Assembly: GCA_965220745.1 (NCBI GenBank)
Contig: CBDCQT010000013.1
Span: 896,001 to 960,000, forward strand
Direction of reading: 5' to 3'
DNA: 64,000 nucleotides
From: Alphaproteobacteria bacterium
GTDB taxonomy: Bacteria > Pseudomonadota > Alphaproteobacteria > UBA828
Shown: positions 37,447 to 47,543 of the stretch, in pieces
How positions within the stretch are numbered: the first letter of the stretch is position 1
How the letters are laid out: each line of letters starts with the position of its first letter
Program-made: the position numbers and the translations under genes
The notes under the pieces: model-generated
The model's database searches: none
Seen by the model: only the letters and a program-made list of their open reading frames with translations
Told to the model about the DNA's origin: nothing

Positions 37447-37917
37447 TTACTCCCCGCCCGCCGGCAACAGGCCCGAGAGCGCTTCACGCAGCGGCGCTGG
37501 CAGCCGTACCGCGCGGCCGTTGCGCCCGATACAGCCGAGCCTGAGGTCAATGCTGGCCAACAACGCCTCTTCGCGTACGACGCGCTGCTTGGCCTCGATA
37601 TGGGCGCCGGCCACCCTGTTGATGGTCGTGCGAACTTCGATATCGTCGTCGAGCCGTGCCGGCTGCCGGTAATCCACAACGCAGCGTCTCACGACGAAGG
37701 CTGCATCGTGGTCCCCCAACAGCGTGACGTGGGTGATGCCGGCGCCCCGCATCATCTCGGTCCGCGCTCGCTCGGCGAACTTGAGGTAGTTGGCGTAATA
37801 GACGATGCCGCTCGCGTCCGTATCCTCGTAGTAGACGCGGAGCGGGTAGACGTGCTCGGCGCCGTGGAAGCGGCCGCCGGGCGGTGCCATTGGCGTGTCC
37901 GGTTCAACGGCTGTCAT
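37447..37917 (-). CDS. ybgC: Tol-Pal-associated acyl-CoA thioesterase
   Basis: [28 protein letters not shown]. Confidence 0.93.
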   Translation of the reverse strand: MTAVEPDTPMAPPGGRFHGAEHVYPLRVYYEDTDASGIVYYANYLKFAERARTEMMRGAGITHVTLLGDHDAAFVVRRCVVDYRQPARLDDDIEVRTTINRVAGAHIEAKQRVVREEALLASIDLRLGCIGRNGRAVRLPAPLREALSGLLPAGGE

Positions 37918-38950
37918 GGCCTTCGTCGAGCAAGGCGAGCTGACGCGGCGCGTCCTCCGGCTGCGCCAAACCCAGATGACCGAAGCCGTGCTGGGTGAGC
38001 ATGCGGCCGCGCGGCGTCCGCTGCACGAAGCCCTGTTGGATCAGGAACGGCTCGATCACCTCTTCCAGTGCGTCGCGCTGTTCGGAGAGCGCCGCCGCGA
38101 TGGTCTCGATGCCTACCGGGCCGCCGCCGTAGTTCTCCGCGATGCAGGAGAGGTAGCGGCGGTCCATCGAATCGAGGCCGCGCTGGTCGACCTCGAGCCG
38201 GTTGAGCGCGCGATCCGCGACGGCGGCGTCGATGGTCTCGACACCCGCGACCGCCGCGAAGTCGCGCACGCGGCGCAGCAGCCTGCCGGCGATGCGCGGC
38301 GTGCCGCGGGAGCGGGCGGCGACCTCTGCCGCCCCGTCGGCGCTCAGCCCGACGTCGAGGAGCCCCGCGTTTCGGGTCACGATCTCGACCAGCTCGTCGA
38401 CCTCGTAGAAGTCGAGCCTGAGCGGAATGCCGAAGCGCTCACGCAACGGCGTGGTAATGAGGCCGGTGCGCGTGGTCGCGCCGACCAGGGTGAAGGGCGG
38501 GAGATCGATCCGAACCGAGCGCGCGCCCGGCCCCTCGCCGATGATCAGGTCGAGCTGAAAATCCTCCATGGCCGGGTAGAGAATCTCTTCCACCGCCGGG
38601 TTGAGGCGGTGGATCTCGTCGATGAACAGCACGTCGCGTTCGTCCAGGTTGGTCAGGATCGCCGCGAGGTCGCCGGCACGCGCGATCACCGGCCCGGAGG
38701 TCGCCCGAATGCCGACGCCGAGCTCGCGGGCGACGATCTGTGCCAGCGTGGTCTTGCCGAGGCCGGGCGGCCCGTAGAAGAGCACGTGGTCCAGTGCCTC
38801 GCCCCGCTCGGACGCAGCGGCGATGAAGACTCGCAAGTTCTCGCGCACCGCGCGTTGGCCGACGAAGTCATCGAGCTTGCGCGGCCTGAGTCCGCTGTCG
38901 AGCCGGTCTTCGGCTTCCGCCGCGCCGGCGACGATGCGGGCCTCGCTCAC
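37904..38950 (-). CDS. ruvB: Holliday junction branch migration helicase RuvB
   Basis: [31 protein letters not shown] and RTPRGR. Confidence 0.98.
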   Translation of the reverse strand: MSEARIVAGAAEAEDRLDSGLRPRKLDDFVGQRAVRENLRVFIAAASERGEALDHVLFYGPPGLGKTTLAQIVARELGVGIRATSGPVIARAGDLAAILTNLDERDVLFIDEIHRLNPAVEEILYPAMEDFQLDLIIGEGPGARSVRIDLPPFTLVGATTRTGLITTPLRERFGIPLRLDFYEVDELVEIVTRNAGLLDVGLSADGAAEVAARSRGTPRIAGRLLRRVRDFAAVAGVETIDAAVADRALNRLEVDQRGLDSMDRRYLSCIAENYGGGPVGIETIAAALSEQRDALEEVIEPFLIQQGFVQRTPRGRMLTQHGFGHLGLAQPEDAPRQLALLDEGHDSR

Positions 38951-39540
38951 TGCGCAAGCTCCTTAAGCCCGGCGCGGATCAGTTCCTCCACCGGGGCCTC
39001 GGCGCCGAGCGTGCGGGCCGCGCCGGAGACCGCGCCGTGGGCCTCGGTGGGCCGGTAGCCGAGATTGACGAGGGCCGCGATGGCGTCGGCGTTCGCCGTT
39101 CCGTCAACGGCGGCGGACGCCGGCGCCGCACCCGGAAGGGTCTCCGCCTTGTCTCTCAGCTCGCTCAGGATGCGCGCCGCGAGCTTGGGCCCCACCCCCG
39201 GTGCGCGGGTGAGCCCCGCCTTGTCTTGCGCAGCGATGTAAGCGGAGAGCTCCGCTGCGGGCAGCGCGCCCAGGATTGCGAGCGCGAGACGGGCGCCGAC
39301 GCTCTGCACGGTCTGCAGGAGGCGGAACCAGTCGCGTTCCTGCTCGCTGGAAAAGCCGTAGAGATGGATGTGGTCCTCACGCACCACAGTCTCGATGGTG
39401 AGGCTCACCTCCTGTCCCCGCTGGGGCAGGGAGGCCAACGTGCCGGCGGAGCAATAGATGAGGTAGCCCACGCCACCGACATCGACGACCGCCCAGCCGT
39501 CGCCCAGGCTGTCGAGAACGCCGCGCAGCTTCGCGATCAT
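38947..39540 (-). CDS. ruvA: Holliday junction branch migration protein RuvA
   Basis: [25 protein letters not shown], HhH motif GVGPKLA and ALVNLGY. Start re-picked at 39540. Confidence 0.96.
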   Translation of the reverse strand: MIAKLRGVLDSLGDGWAVVDVGGVGYLIYCSAGTLASLPQRGQEVSLTIETVVREDHIHLYGFSSEQERDWFRLLQTVQSVGARLALAILGALPAAELSAYIAAQDKAGLTRAPGVGPKLAARILSELRDKAETLPGAAPASAAVDGTANADAIAALVNLGYRPTEAHGAVSGAARTLGAEAPVEELIRAGLKELAQ

Positions 39541-40055
39541 CAGGCTGCTCCCGACGCCGCTTGCGCCAGCTGCCAGTGGGCGCGGGTGCCTGCGGCATGG
39601 GCATGACAGATCGCTGCGGCAAGAGCGTCGGTGGCGTCTGACGTCGCTTCGCCGACACCCGGCAACAAATGGCGGACCATCAGCGCGACCTGCTCCTTGT
39701 CGGCATGCCCGGCGCCCACCAGCGCCTTCTTGATCCGGTTCGCCGCGTATTCGTGGACGGGCAGCCCGGCGAGCGCCGGCGCCAGCAGGGCGACGCCCCG
39801 CGCAAGGCCGAGCTTGAGGGTGGACTCGGGGTTGCGGTTGACGAAGGTCTCCTCGACGACCGCCTCGTCCGGCTCGTAGCGCGCGACGATTTCGACGAGG
39901 CCTTCGTGCAGGGCGCAGAGGCGCTCCGGCACGCTCGCGCCGGAGTCGGTGGCGACCACGCCGTGGCCGACATGGCGCAGTCGGTTGCCCGCGGTCTCGA
40001 TCACGCCCCAGCCGGTGCGACGGAGGCCGGGGTCGAGGCCGAGTATACGCGCCAC
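39540..40055 (-). CDS. ruvC: Crossover junction endodeoxyribonuclease RuvC
   Basis: [25 protein letters not shown] and [12 protein letters not shown]. Confidence 0.97.
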   Translation of the reverse strand: MARILGLDPGLRRTGWGVIETAGNRLRHVGHGVVATDSGASVPERLCALHEGLVEIVARYEPDEAVVEETFVNRNPESTLKLGLARGVALLAPALAGLPVHEYAANRIKKALVGAGHADKEQVALMVRHLLPGVGEATSDATDALAAAICHAHAAGTRAHWQLAQAASGAA

Positions 40056-40070
40056 GCCGCTTGCTCCCGC

Positions 40071-40823
40071 TCAGGCCGAGAGCTTGCACAGCACATCGTC
40101 GGTCACGTCGTAGTTCGCCGAGACCTGCTGCACGTCGTCGCTGTCGTCGAGCGCTTCCAGTAGCTTGAAGACGGCCTCCGCCTTGTTCTCGTCGATGGGC
40201 ACGGTGGTCTGCGGGCGCCAGGCGATCTCGACCCGCTCCGGCGCACCGAAGTGCTCGGTGAGCGCCTCGCTGGCTTCGCTCAGGGATTCGGGCGCGCAAA
40301 TGACCTCGTGGCCGTCTTCCTCGCTCTCGCATTCGTCGGCACCGACCTCGAGCGCGGCTTCGAACATGTCATCTCCGCTTGCCGCGTCCGCAGGGAAGCG
40401 AATGATTCCAACACGTTGAAACAGATAGTTCACGGAGCCTGTTTCGCCGAGCGTGCCGCCATGCCGGCTGAAGATCGAGCGGATCGTGGCTGCCGTCCGG
40501 TTGCGGTTGTCGGTGATCGCATCGACGATCACAGCAACGCCGCCGGGCCCGAACCCCTCGTAGCTCAGCGTGTCGAAACGCTCTTGTCCGCCGTCTCCGC
40601 CCGCCGCCTTCTTGATGGCGCGTTCGATGTTGTCTTTGGGCACGCTCTGCGACTTGGCCGCCGCGATGGCGGTGCGCAGGCGCGGATTATGGTCGGGGTC
40701 GGGCGCGCCCTCTCTGGCGGCAACGTAGACTTCGCGGATCAGCTTGGTGAACCGCTTGGCCCGCCGGGCATCTTGCGCGCCCTTGCGGTACATGATGTTG
40801 GCCCATTTGGAATGGCCGGCCAT
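40071..40823 (-). CDS. yebC: YebC/PmpR family protein
   Basis: MAGHSKWANI, NPRLR, YEGFGPGG and TDNRNRT. Directly upstream of ruvC. Confidence 0.96.
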   Translation of the reverse strand: MAGHSKWANIMYRKGAQDARRAKRFTKLIREVYVAAREGAPDPDHNPRLRTAIAAAKSQSVPKDNIERAIKKAAGGDGGQERFDTLSYEGFGPGGVAVIVDAITDNRNRTAATIRSIFSRHGGTLGETGSVNYLFQRVGIIRFPADAASGDDMFEAALEVGADECESEEDGHEVICAPESLSEASEALTEHFGAPERVEIAWRPQTTVPIDENKAEAVFKLLEALDDSDDVQQVSANYDVTDDVLCKLSA

Positions 40824-41080
40824 GGGCTCTACTCAGTCGCGTGGGAAGACACGGGTCGGCGACGCGAGTTGGCGGCGTCTCTCATTACCCTGCCTAAATG
40901 CTCATTGTGGCCAGATTGGGGCAGCCTCTCTTGGGGTTGGTACTACATATTGTGTAGCGCGTCACCCCCGAAACCTACGCCATCCGGGCGAAGAAGGCTA
41001 TTGGGGATAGGGCAAGTCTCAAAACCCGAGGGAAGCTGACCATCCGCTCCCCGCGAGTGCAGTTCGACCTGCAGTGGCGC

Positions 41081-41908
41081 CTATTCGTCTGCCACCCGGA
41101 TCGCGACAAAGCGCAGGCGGGTGTAGTCGGTCACCCAGCGCCCGTCGGGGCAGAGCCGGTCGCGAGTGAGTTCGATTGTGCGGTCGATGACCGCAGGAAC
41201 GCGCCCCGGCGGTGCCGCGTCGGTAAAGTTCCCGCCGAACATGGCAATCCAGTCGGCGAGGCCGTTGGGGCAGTCGTCGAGCGGAGTTGGGCGGGCAAAA
41301 TAACGGAGCTGCGTCACATCGAACCCGCCATCCTCCAGCAGGCTGACGTAATGGCTCGTACGCGGGAAGTACCAGGGAAAGTCGACCGCTTCGGCCGGGA
41401 CGCCTTCCTCGGCCAGCGCCTGGTAGAGCGCATCGGTGATGATCCGCACGTTGCGGTGCGCGCCCATCTCGGCGACGAACCGGCCGCCGGGCCTGAGCGC
41501 GCGGGCAACGCAGGCGATAACGCCTGGGGGCTCCTCCTTCATCCAGTGCAGTGCGGCGTTGGAGAAGACCGCATCGGCGTGGCCTTCGATGGCGAAGTCG
41601 CGGCCATCCGCGTGCTCGAAGGCGAGGGCGGGGTGAAGCGCGCGGGCGCGCTCGACCATCGCCGCATCGCCATCGATGCCGATCACCTCAGCGCCGCGCG
41701 CGGCAATGGCCGCCGTCAGCTTCCCGGTGCCACAGCCGAGATCCACGATCCTCTCGCCGGGCTCGGGCGCGAGCAGATCGACCATGTCGGTGGCAAAGTC
41801 CGAGACGAAGCCGAACGAGCGGTCGTAGAGGCCGGCGTCCCAGGTCGTGTCTGCGCCTGAACCTGTGTCCACGCCCGCGGCGTTCCCCTCCGCCGATTGC
41901 CGAGTCAT
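41081..41908 (-). CDS. Class I SAM-dependent methyltransferase (trans-aconitate methyltransferase-like)
   Basis: WDAGLYD, DLGCGTG, DAVFSNAALHW, LRPGGRF and DYTRLRF. Confidence 0.9.
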   Translation of the reverse strand: MTRQSAEGNAAGVDTGSGADTTWDAGLYDRSFGFVSDFATDMVDLLAPEPGERIVDLGCGTGKLTAAIAARGAEVIGIDGDAAMVERARALHPALAFEHADGRDFAIEGHADAVFSNAALHWMKEEPPGVIACVARALRPGGRFVAEMGAHRNVRIITDALYQALAEEGVPAEAVDFPWYFPRTSHYVSLLEDGGFDVTQLRYFARPTPLDDCPNGLADWIAMFGGNFTDAAPPGRVPAVIDRTIELTRDRLCPDGRWVTDYTRLRFVAIRVADE

Positions 41909-41926
41909 GCGCGCGTGCCGTGCTAA

Positions 41927-42721
41927 CTAATCGTCCGCGGTTTGATGGTCGCGGGCGGCGTCCATCATGGCGTGGATCATCTTCGGACGCGGCACGGCAG
42001 GCTTGGGATGAGCCACCGGGCTGTGGCTGTGGCCGAGGCCCAGCACCGTCTCCACCATCTTGAGTGCGAGCGGGCCCGGATTGACCACCGGGACAGGCAG
42101 GTTCTCCGAGAGATAGGGCCCGGCCTGCGAGAGCGTGGTCGAACCGAGGACGATCACGTCGGCGCCCTTGGCGAGACCCCTCTCACAGGTCTCCTTCATG
42201 ATGGGGAAGACCTCCGCCTCGCGGCCGGTGAACAGCGCCCTCATGTCCGATTTTGCCTCGAACAGCTCGACCGAGGAGCAGAACTGGGAAACCTCGAACT
42301 TCTTGAACAGGTTCTTGTAAAAGGCGAGCCAGGCGTCGGTGTACTGCGGATATGAGGGGTCGGTCTGCGCGATCACGCAGAAGCGGGTGCCGAGGGTGAG
42401 CGCGTAGAGCAGCGATGACTTGCCGTTCGAAACCACAGGAATATCAAGTACCGCGCGCAGCTCGGCGACGCCGGAATCGCTCAAGGTGTTGACCGTGATG
42501 GCGTCATAGCCCTCCTCGGCCAGCGCCATGCCGGCTTCGAGGATGGCGAACTCGACCAGAAACTCGTCGTGGCGGCCGAGGAAGTGCATCGGCCCTGCCT
42601 TGAGCGGCTTGTAGTCGAAGGTGACGTTGCCGGAGAGCTCGACCTGCTCCAACTCGGCACGCCTGTAGTCGAGGCCCTCCTCATCATACGGAAACGGCAC
42701 GATCACTGCGGCGCGTGGCAT
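41927..42721 (-). CDS. Asp/Glu/hydantoin racemase family protein with non-Cys catalytic positions
   Basis: EEGYDAITVNTLSDSG...LDIPVV and GADVIVLGSTTL...LPVPVVNP follow the hydantoin racemase pattern. Confidence 0.8.
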   Translation of the reverse strand: MPRAAVIVPFPYDEEGLDYRRAELEQVELSGNVTFDYKPLKAGPMHFLGRHDEFLVEFAILEAGMALAEEGYDAITVNTLSDSGVAELRAVLDIPVVSNGKSSLLYALTLGTRFCVIAQTDPSYPQYTDAWLAFYKNLFKKFEVSQFCSSVELFEAKSDMRALFTGREAEVFPIMKETCERGLAKGADVIVLGSTTLSQAGPYLSENLPVPVVNPGPLALKMVETVLGLGHSHSPVAHPKPAVPRPKMIHAMMDAARDHQTADD

Positions 42722-42766
42722 GGCAAGTCCTCCCTTTGATCCTCGTTTTGTGACGGTGTCCCGGTT

Positions 42767-43687
42767 CTACACGGGGTTCTCGGCGAGCCAGCCGGCGTAT
42801 TCGCGCACGCCATCGGCGAAGGCGATCTGCGGTCGCCAGCCCAGGACGCGCGCGGCTGCCGAGATGTCAAAACGGCCGTGACTCTGGTCTTCCGGGTCGG
42901 CGCCCTCGCCGAGCGTGACTTGCGCCGCCGGCACCGCGTTGCGCACGGCGTCTGCGATCTCGCCGAATTCCAGGCGCTGGCCGCCCGTAATGTTGAACGC
43001 GCGCTGCGGCCCGATCTCCTCGGCATCGAGCGCCGCAATCACGGCGCTCACGACGTCGTCGATATGGACGTACTGCCGTGTGAAGCCGCGGCCGTAGGGG
43101 AGCGTGGTGGGCTGCCCGGCGTGCGCGTCCTTGATCATCTCGCGCACCACGCAGGTGGTGCGGCGGCGCGGCCCGTAGACCCACGAGAAGCGTAGCACGA
43201 CGGCGTCGAGGCCGGTCTGTGCCACGTAAGCGCGGGTCAGGATGTCGCCGGACGCCTTGGTGGCACCGTAGATATCGTCTGCGGTGAGTGGCGCGTCCTC
43301 GGGCACCGGCTCAAGACCGACGGCGGTGTGACCATAGGCAGACGTGGAGGAGCAGAACACCAGGCGCACGCCTCGTTGACGCGCGATCTCCAGCAGGTTG
43401 GCGGTGCCGGCGACATTGGTCTCGATCACCGCACGCGGATTGTCGCGCCCTAGCATGGGGCCCGAGACAGCGCCGCAATGCACGATCGCCGCGATGTCGC
43501 CGCTGCAGATGGCATGCAGCTTGTGAACGTCGGTGAGCTCCGCATCGGTCGAGGAAAACCCGCCGTCCTCCCTGGGCTGGATGCGATCGGTGCCGATCAC
43601 GTCGCGTCCTTCACGCGCGAGCCGAGACGCGACGGCGAAGCCGATCAGCCCCGCCGATCCGGTGACCACGATTGCTCCCGACGCCAT
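42767..43687 (-). CDS. NAD(P)-dependent epimerase/dehydratase (extended SDR)
   Basis: VTGSAGLIG, CSSTSAYG, YGATK (YxxxK), VYGP and YVHIDDVV. Confidence 0.9.
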   Translation of the reverse strand: MASGAIVVTGSAGLIGFAVASRLAREGRDVIGTDRIQPREDGGFSSTDAELTDVHKLHAICSGDIAAIVHCGAVSGPMLGRDNPRAVIETNVAGTANLLEIARQRGVRLVFCSSTSAYGHTAVGLEPVPEDAPLTADDIYGATKASGDILTRAYVAQTGLDAVVLRFSWVYGPRRRTTCVVREMIKDAHAGQPTTLPYGRGFTRQYVHIDDVVSAVIAALDAEEIGPQRAFNITGGQRLEFGEIADAVRNAVPAAQVTLGEGADPEDQSHGRFDISAAARVLGWRPQIAFADGVREYAGWLAENPV

Positions 43688-43847
43688 CGGTTTCTCCCTG
43701 CTAACCCCACCTGGAAGGGTGCGGCGGAGCGGGCGAGCGCGTCAAGCGCGCCGCGAATCCATGCTTCGAATCGCCGGCGGAACACGTCACCCTCGCGTGG
43801 CGCGGTCGATGGTTTACAATCGACGCTGAGATGCACCGTCGCCGCCC

Positions 43848-44192
43848 ATGACCGCCCGCCCCACCCGCGATCCGAAGAAGATTCGGCGAATCCTCGAACA
43901 GGAGCGCGCCGAGCTGCTTGCGCTTAGCGAGGCGGCGGCGGACGAGCGGCGCCCGGTGGCACTCGACCAGCAAAGTGTCGGTCGCGTCTCGCGCATGGAT
44001 GCAATGCAGGTGCAGGCGATGGCGCAATCAGTGGAGGCCCGCCGGCGCGCGCGGCTGCCCCTTATCGAGGCGGCGTTGCGCCGGCTCGACACCGGAGATT
44101 ACGGCTATTGCACCGATTGCGGAGAGCGAATTCCCGCCAAGCGGCTCGCCATAGACCCGACCATTGCCCGCTGCGTCGACTGTGCCGGTTAG
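43848..44192 (+). CDS. TraR/DksA family C4 zinc-finger protein
   Basis: Coiled coil with VGRVSRMDAMQ, then GDYGYCTDCGERI...RCVDC. Confidence 0.9.
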   Translation: MTARPTRDPKKIRRILEQERAELLALSEAAADERRPVALDQQSVGRVSRMDAMQVQAMAQSVEARRRARLPLIEAALRRLDTGDYGYCTDCGERIPAKRLAIDPTIARCVDCAG

Positions 44193-44211
44193 TATTGGAG
44201 ACGGCGCTGCG

Positions 44212-45003
44212 TCAGTCGCCGACTGAGATCGTCGCGTCCATGTAGAGCACCGCGCGGCCCGCGATGGTGACGCGCTCGCCCCAATCCTCGCACACCATTC
44301 GCCCGCCGCGGGCAGAAAGCTGGCGCGCGGCGAGTCGTTGCTTGCCGAGGCGGCCAGTCCAGTAGGGCACCAGTGCCGTCTGCACGTTGCCGGTGACCGG
44401 GTCCTCCGGCACGGCATTCTTGGGCGCGAAGAAGCGCAGCACGTAATCGGCGTCGCCCTCGTCTCCCGGTGCGGTCGCCACCACTCCGCGCCGGTCCAGG
44501 GCGGTCAGCCCCGCGTGATCGGGATTGAGCGCCGCGACCTGGGCGGCGTTCTCGAACACCGCGATCCAGTCCGCGCCGGCGAGCACCTCGGCCGGGGTGG
44601 CCCCCAGTGCCTTCGCGAGCACCGCAGGCGCTTGCGCCGGGCGCGCCGGCTGGGCCGGAAAATCCATCACCAGTGCCTCGCCATCGCGCGCGACCGTGAG
44701 CCGGCCGCTCAACGTCTCGAACGCGACGCTCTCCGCGCCCGGTCTCAACTCCTCGAACACGACGAAGGCGGCCGCGAGAGTGGCGTGGCCGCAGAGATCG
44801 ACCTCGACGTTGGGCGTGAACCAGCGCAGGCGATAGCCTTCGCCCTCGGGCACCATGAAGGCGGTCTCCGAGAGATTGTTCTCGGCCGAGATTGCCTGCA
44901 TCGTCGCCTCGTCGAGCCAGGCCTCGAGGGGGCAGACCGCGGCCGGATTGCCGCCCAGCACCCGGTCGGTGAAGGTATCGATCTGCAGCAATCTGATGGT
45001 CAT
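44212..45003 (-). CDS. PhzF family isomerase/epimerase
   Basis: GGNPAAV, NLSETAF, LRWFTP.VEVDLCGHATLA and EDPVTG. Confidence 0.93.
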   Translation of the reverse strand: MTIRLLQIDTFTDRVLGGNPAAVCPLEAWLDEATMQAISAENNLSETAFMVPEGEGYRLRWFTPNVEVDLCGHATLAAAFVVFEELRPGAESVAFETLSGRLTVARDGEALVMDFPAQPARPAQAPAVLAKALGATPAEVLAGADWIAVFENAAQVAALNPDHAGLTALDRRGVVATAPGDEGDADYVLRFFAPKNAVPEDPVTGNVQTALVPYWTGRLGKQRLAARQLSARGGRMVCEDWGERVTIAGRAVLYMDATISVGD

Positions 45004-45012
45004 CCACGCCTC

Positions 45013-45954
45013 CTATTCACCTGCGCGACGCTTGGACCAGGTAAGCACCCCAAGACCCGCGAGCAGGAGGGCAGCCGCGACCCACGCCCAGCCGCTCAGC
45101 CGCTCGCCGAAAATCACCGCTCCCCAGCCCGGCCCCGTCAGCACGATGATATAGCCGAACTGGGAGAGGAAGAGCGGGCCGCTGCGCCTGAGGATTTCGA
45201 ATATGAGATACCAGACAACGGCGGTGATCACTGTCGCACCCAGGATAGCGAGATCGCCGGCAAGCATCGGGCCGGGGAAGAGGTAGGTCTCGCCCATGCC
45301 GATCATCACCGGGACGAGCACGATGGCAGCGCCGAGCTGGATGCCGCAGGCCAGCGAGAGCGAGTGCGCCTTTGGCGGCCAGAGCAGCGTGCCTGCGATG
45401 TTGAACGCGGCGAAGCAAACCGGCGCGAGCAAGGCCAGCAGCAGCCAGCTTGCCTCCGCAAAGCTCGGCACTGTGATGCCCGGCAGCACCAGGATGACAA
45501 CGCCCACGAGGCCGAGGGCCACGCCCACGGTGCTGAGCAGCCGGAAGCGCTCCATCCTGAGCGTCATTGCCATCAGGTAGGTGCAGGTCGGCGAGAGGCA
45601 GGTGACCATGACCACGAGGCTCGCCGGCAGCTTGGGCGCCACATGGGCGAGAATCGACACCGGGATCGAAACGCCGACTGCGCCGCAGACCGCATAGAAG
45701 CGCAGATGCGCCACGCTGAAGCCCACGGGCGTTCGGGTCGCGAGGCAGCCGAGCCAGAGGATCAGCCCGGCACCGAGGGTATGCCAGAAGACGTAGGCCA
45801 GCCCCGGCACGCCATTGGTCGTCGCGACCTTGTTGATCGAGAAGAGCAGGCCGTAGAGCGCGCCCGCGATCAGCAGGTAGACGACCGCGAGTACGCCGAC
45901 CCGGGGCGCCGTTGCCGCGGCGGCGCTCGGCCGCGCTTCGCCCGCGTCGGTCAT
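45013..45954 (-). CDS. DMT/EamA family transporter
   Basis: About 10 hydrophobic helices arranged as two repeats, ending LRMER and IFGERLS. Confidence 0.85.
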   Translation of the reverse strand: MTDAGEARPSAAAATAPRVGVLAVVYLLIAGALYGLLFSINKVATTNGVPGLAYVFWHTLGAGLILWLGCLATRTPVGFSVAHLRFYAVCGAVGVSIPVSILAHVAPKLPASLVVMVTCLSPTCTYLMAMTLRMERFRLLSTVGVALGLVGVVILVLPGITVPSFAEASWLLLALLAPVCFAAFNIAGTLLWPPKAHSLSLACGIQLGAAIVLVPVMIGMGETYLFPGPMLAGDLAILGATVITAVVWYLIFEILRRSGPLFLSQFGYIIVLTGPGWGAVIFGERLSGWAWVAAALLLAGLGVLTWSKRRAGE

Positions 45955-46040
45955 GGACTCGGTAGCGGTGTGCCGGTGCGCTGCTACGCGCTACGGTCCA
46001 GCCGTTGGCCCCGGCCGGTGCGAATCGTCGGCGTCGGCCG

Positions 46041-46523
46041 CTACCACTTCGCGTGCTTGTAGCGTTCGGCCCAGTCCACGCCCTGCCAGGTCATCTGCGA
46101 ATCGGGCTTCAAGAAGATGAGCCAGCGGGGCTCGACCAGCGTCGGCTCCAGGTACTTCGGTCCATTCTCGCCCAGATAGCGCAGCGACATCTCGGTCGCG
46201 ACCTCGACCCACTTGCCGCCGGTATTGGGCTCCTCGACGATCTCGGCCCTTCCTTTGGCCATCACCTTCTGCATCGTCTCCCAGATATCGACGCAGATGT
46301 GGACTCGCGGGTCCCGCTGGATGTGCTTGGCCCAGACCGAGCGCGCGCGGGGGACGACGTAATAGCCACCGTCGCGGTACTGGTACCAGAGCGGCACGAT
46401 ATAGGGCCAACCTTCCTCGTCGAGGCAGGCGAGCCGGCATAGGTGGGGCCCCTTGAGGAATTCGTTGACCTCTTCGTCGCTCATACCGCCGACTTTGCCG
46501 CGCCAAGAGTCGTTATCCGCCAT
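46041..46523 (-). CDS. Pyridoxamine 5'-phosphate oxidase (split beta-barrel) family protein, possibly F420-binding
   Basis: CRLACLDEEGWPYIVPLWY and HIQRDPRVHICVD. Divergent from the F420 operon. Confidence 0.82.
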   Translation of the reverse strand: MADNDSWRGKVGGMSDEEVNEFLKGPHLCRLACLDEEGWPYIVPLWYQYRDGGYYVVPRARSVWAKHIQRDPRVHICVDIWETMQKVMAKGRAEIVEEPNTGGKWVEVATEMSLRYLGENGPKYLEPTLVEPRWLIFLKPDSQMTWQGVDWAERYKHAKW

Positions 46524-46658
46524 CTTGTCTCTCCCTTATCCGGCTGGTACGCGGCCACTCCGCCGAGGCCCGACGATGCCGCACTGACGGCGCATGATAA
46601 CATGGTATGCCGCGGCCGCGCCGGCCGCGCGCGCAACCGTGAGCGAGGGAGGCCTTGA

Positions 46659-47522
46659 ATGCAGCTTGGCGTCGTTTTTCCACAGACCGAGATCGGCAAC
46701 GATCCCGCGGTCGTTCGCGACTACGGGCAGGCGGCCGAAGCGCTGGGCTACGAGCACGTCCTCGCCTTCGATCACGTGCTCGGCGGCAACGCGGCCACGC
46801 ACGATCTCAGAGGCCCGTACAAGCACACCGATGCATTCCACGAGCCCTTCGTGTTGTTCGGTTTTCTCGCAGCCGTCACCCGGCTCGAATTCGTCACCGG
46901 CATCATCATCCTGCCGCAGCGTCAGGCCGCGCTGGTCGCCAAGCAGGCGGCGGCGCTCGACGTGCTTTGCGAAGGGAGACTCAGGCTCGGCGTCGCGGTC
47001 GGCTGGAACCACGTGGAGTTCGAGGCGCTCGGCATGGATTTTTCGGACCGCGGACGACGCATCGATGAGCAGATCGAGGTCATGCGCCTGCTCTGGACCA
47101 ACGAGCTCATCACCTACGAGGGGCAGGACCACCGCATCACCGATGCCGGGCTGAACCCGCTCCCGGTCCAGCAACCCATCCCCGTCTGGTTCGGCGGCCA
47201 CGCCGATGTCGTCCTCAAGCGCATCGCCCGGATCGGCGACGGCTGGTTCCCGCTCTTCGCGCCGGACGACGCGGGGGCGGCTGAGGTCGAGAAGTTCCGG
47301 GGCTACATCCGAGACGCCGGCCGAGATCCTGCTGCGGTCGGGATCGAGACTTGGCTCGATGTGCTGGACAAGACGCCCGAGCAGTGGCGGGCGCACGCCG
47401 CGGGCTGGAAGAAGCTCGGCGCGACACACTATTCGGTCAACACGATGAACTCGGGCCTCACCACGCCGCGGGCACATATCGAGGCCATCGAACGGATCAA
47501 GACGGCACTCGCGGACATCTGA
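46659..47522 (+). CDS. LLM-class F420-dependent oxidoreductase (Rv2161c-like)
   Basis: VFPQTEIG, FDHVLG, FHEPFVLFGFLAA, ILPQRQ, GRLRLGVAVGWN..EFEALG and IPVWFGG. Upstream of cofE/cofD. Confidence 0.88.
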   Translation: MQLGVVFPQTEIGNDPAVVRDYGQAAEALGYEHVLAFDHVLGGNAATHDLRGPYKHTDAFHEPFVLFGFLAAVTRLEFVTGIIILPQRQAALVAKQAAALDVLCEGRLRLGVAVGWNHVEFEALGMDFSDRGRRIDEQIEVMRLLWTNELITYEGQDHRITDAGLNPLPVQQPIPVWFGGHADVVLKRIARIGDGWFPLFAPDDAGAAEVEKFRGYIRDAGRDPAAVGIETWLDVLDKTPEQWRAHAAGWKKLGATHYSVNTMNSGLTTPRAHIEAIERIKTALADI

Positions 47523-47543
47523 ACCCGGCGGCGCCGTAGCGGT

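Noticed and set aside
40056-40900. Alphaproteobacterial LexA box (GTTC-N7-GTTC) for ruvCAB
   Set aside because: No matching site found by eye upstream of ruvC or yebC.
40830-41075. 6S RNA or another ncRNA upstream of yebC
   Set aside because: The usual zapA and 5-formyl-THF cyclo-ligase context is missing, and I could not fold a convincing long rod or find conserved 6S motifs.
43848-44192. Canonical DksA
   Set aside because: The coiled-coil tip is SRMDAMQ rather than DxxDxA. This is a widespread DksA-like subfamily, so no gene symbol is given and it is not treated as novel.
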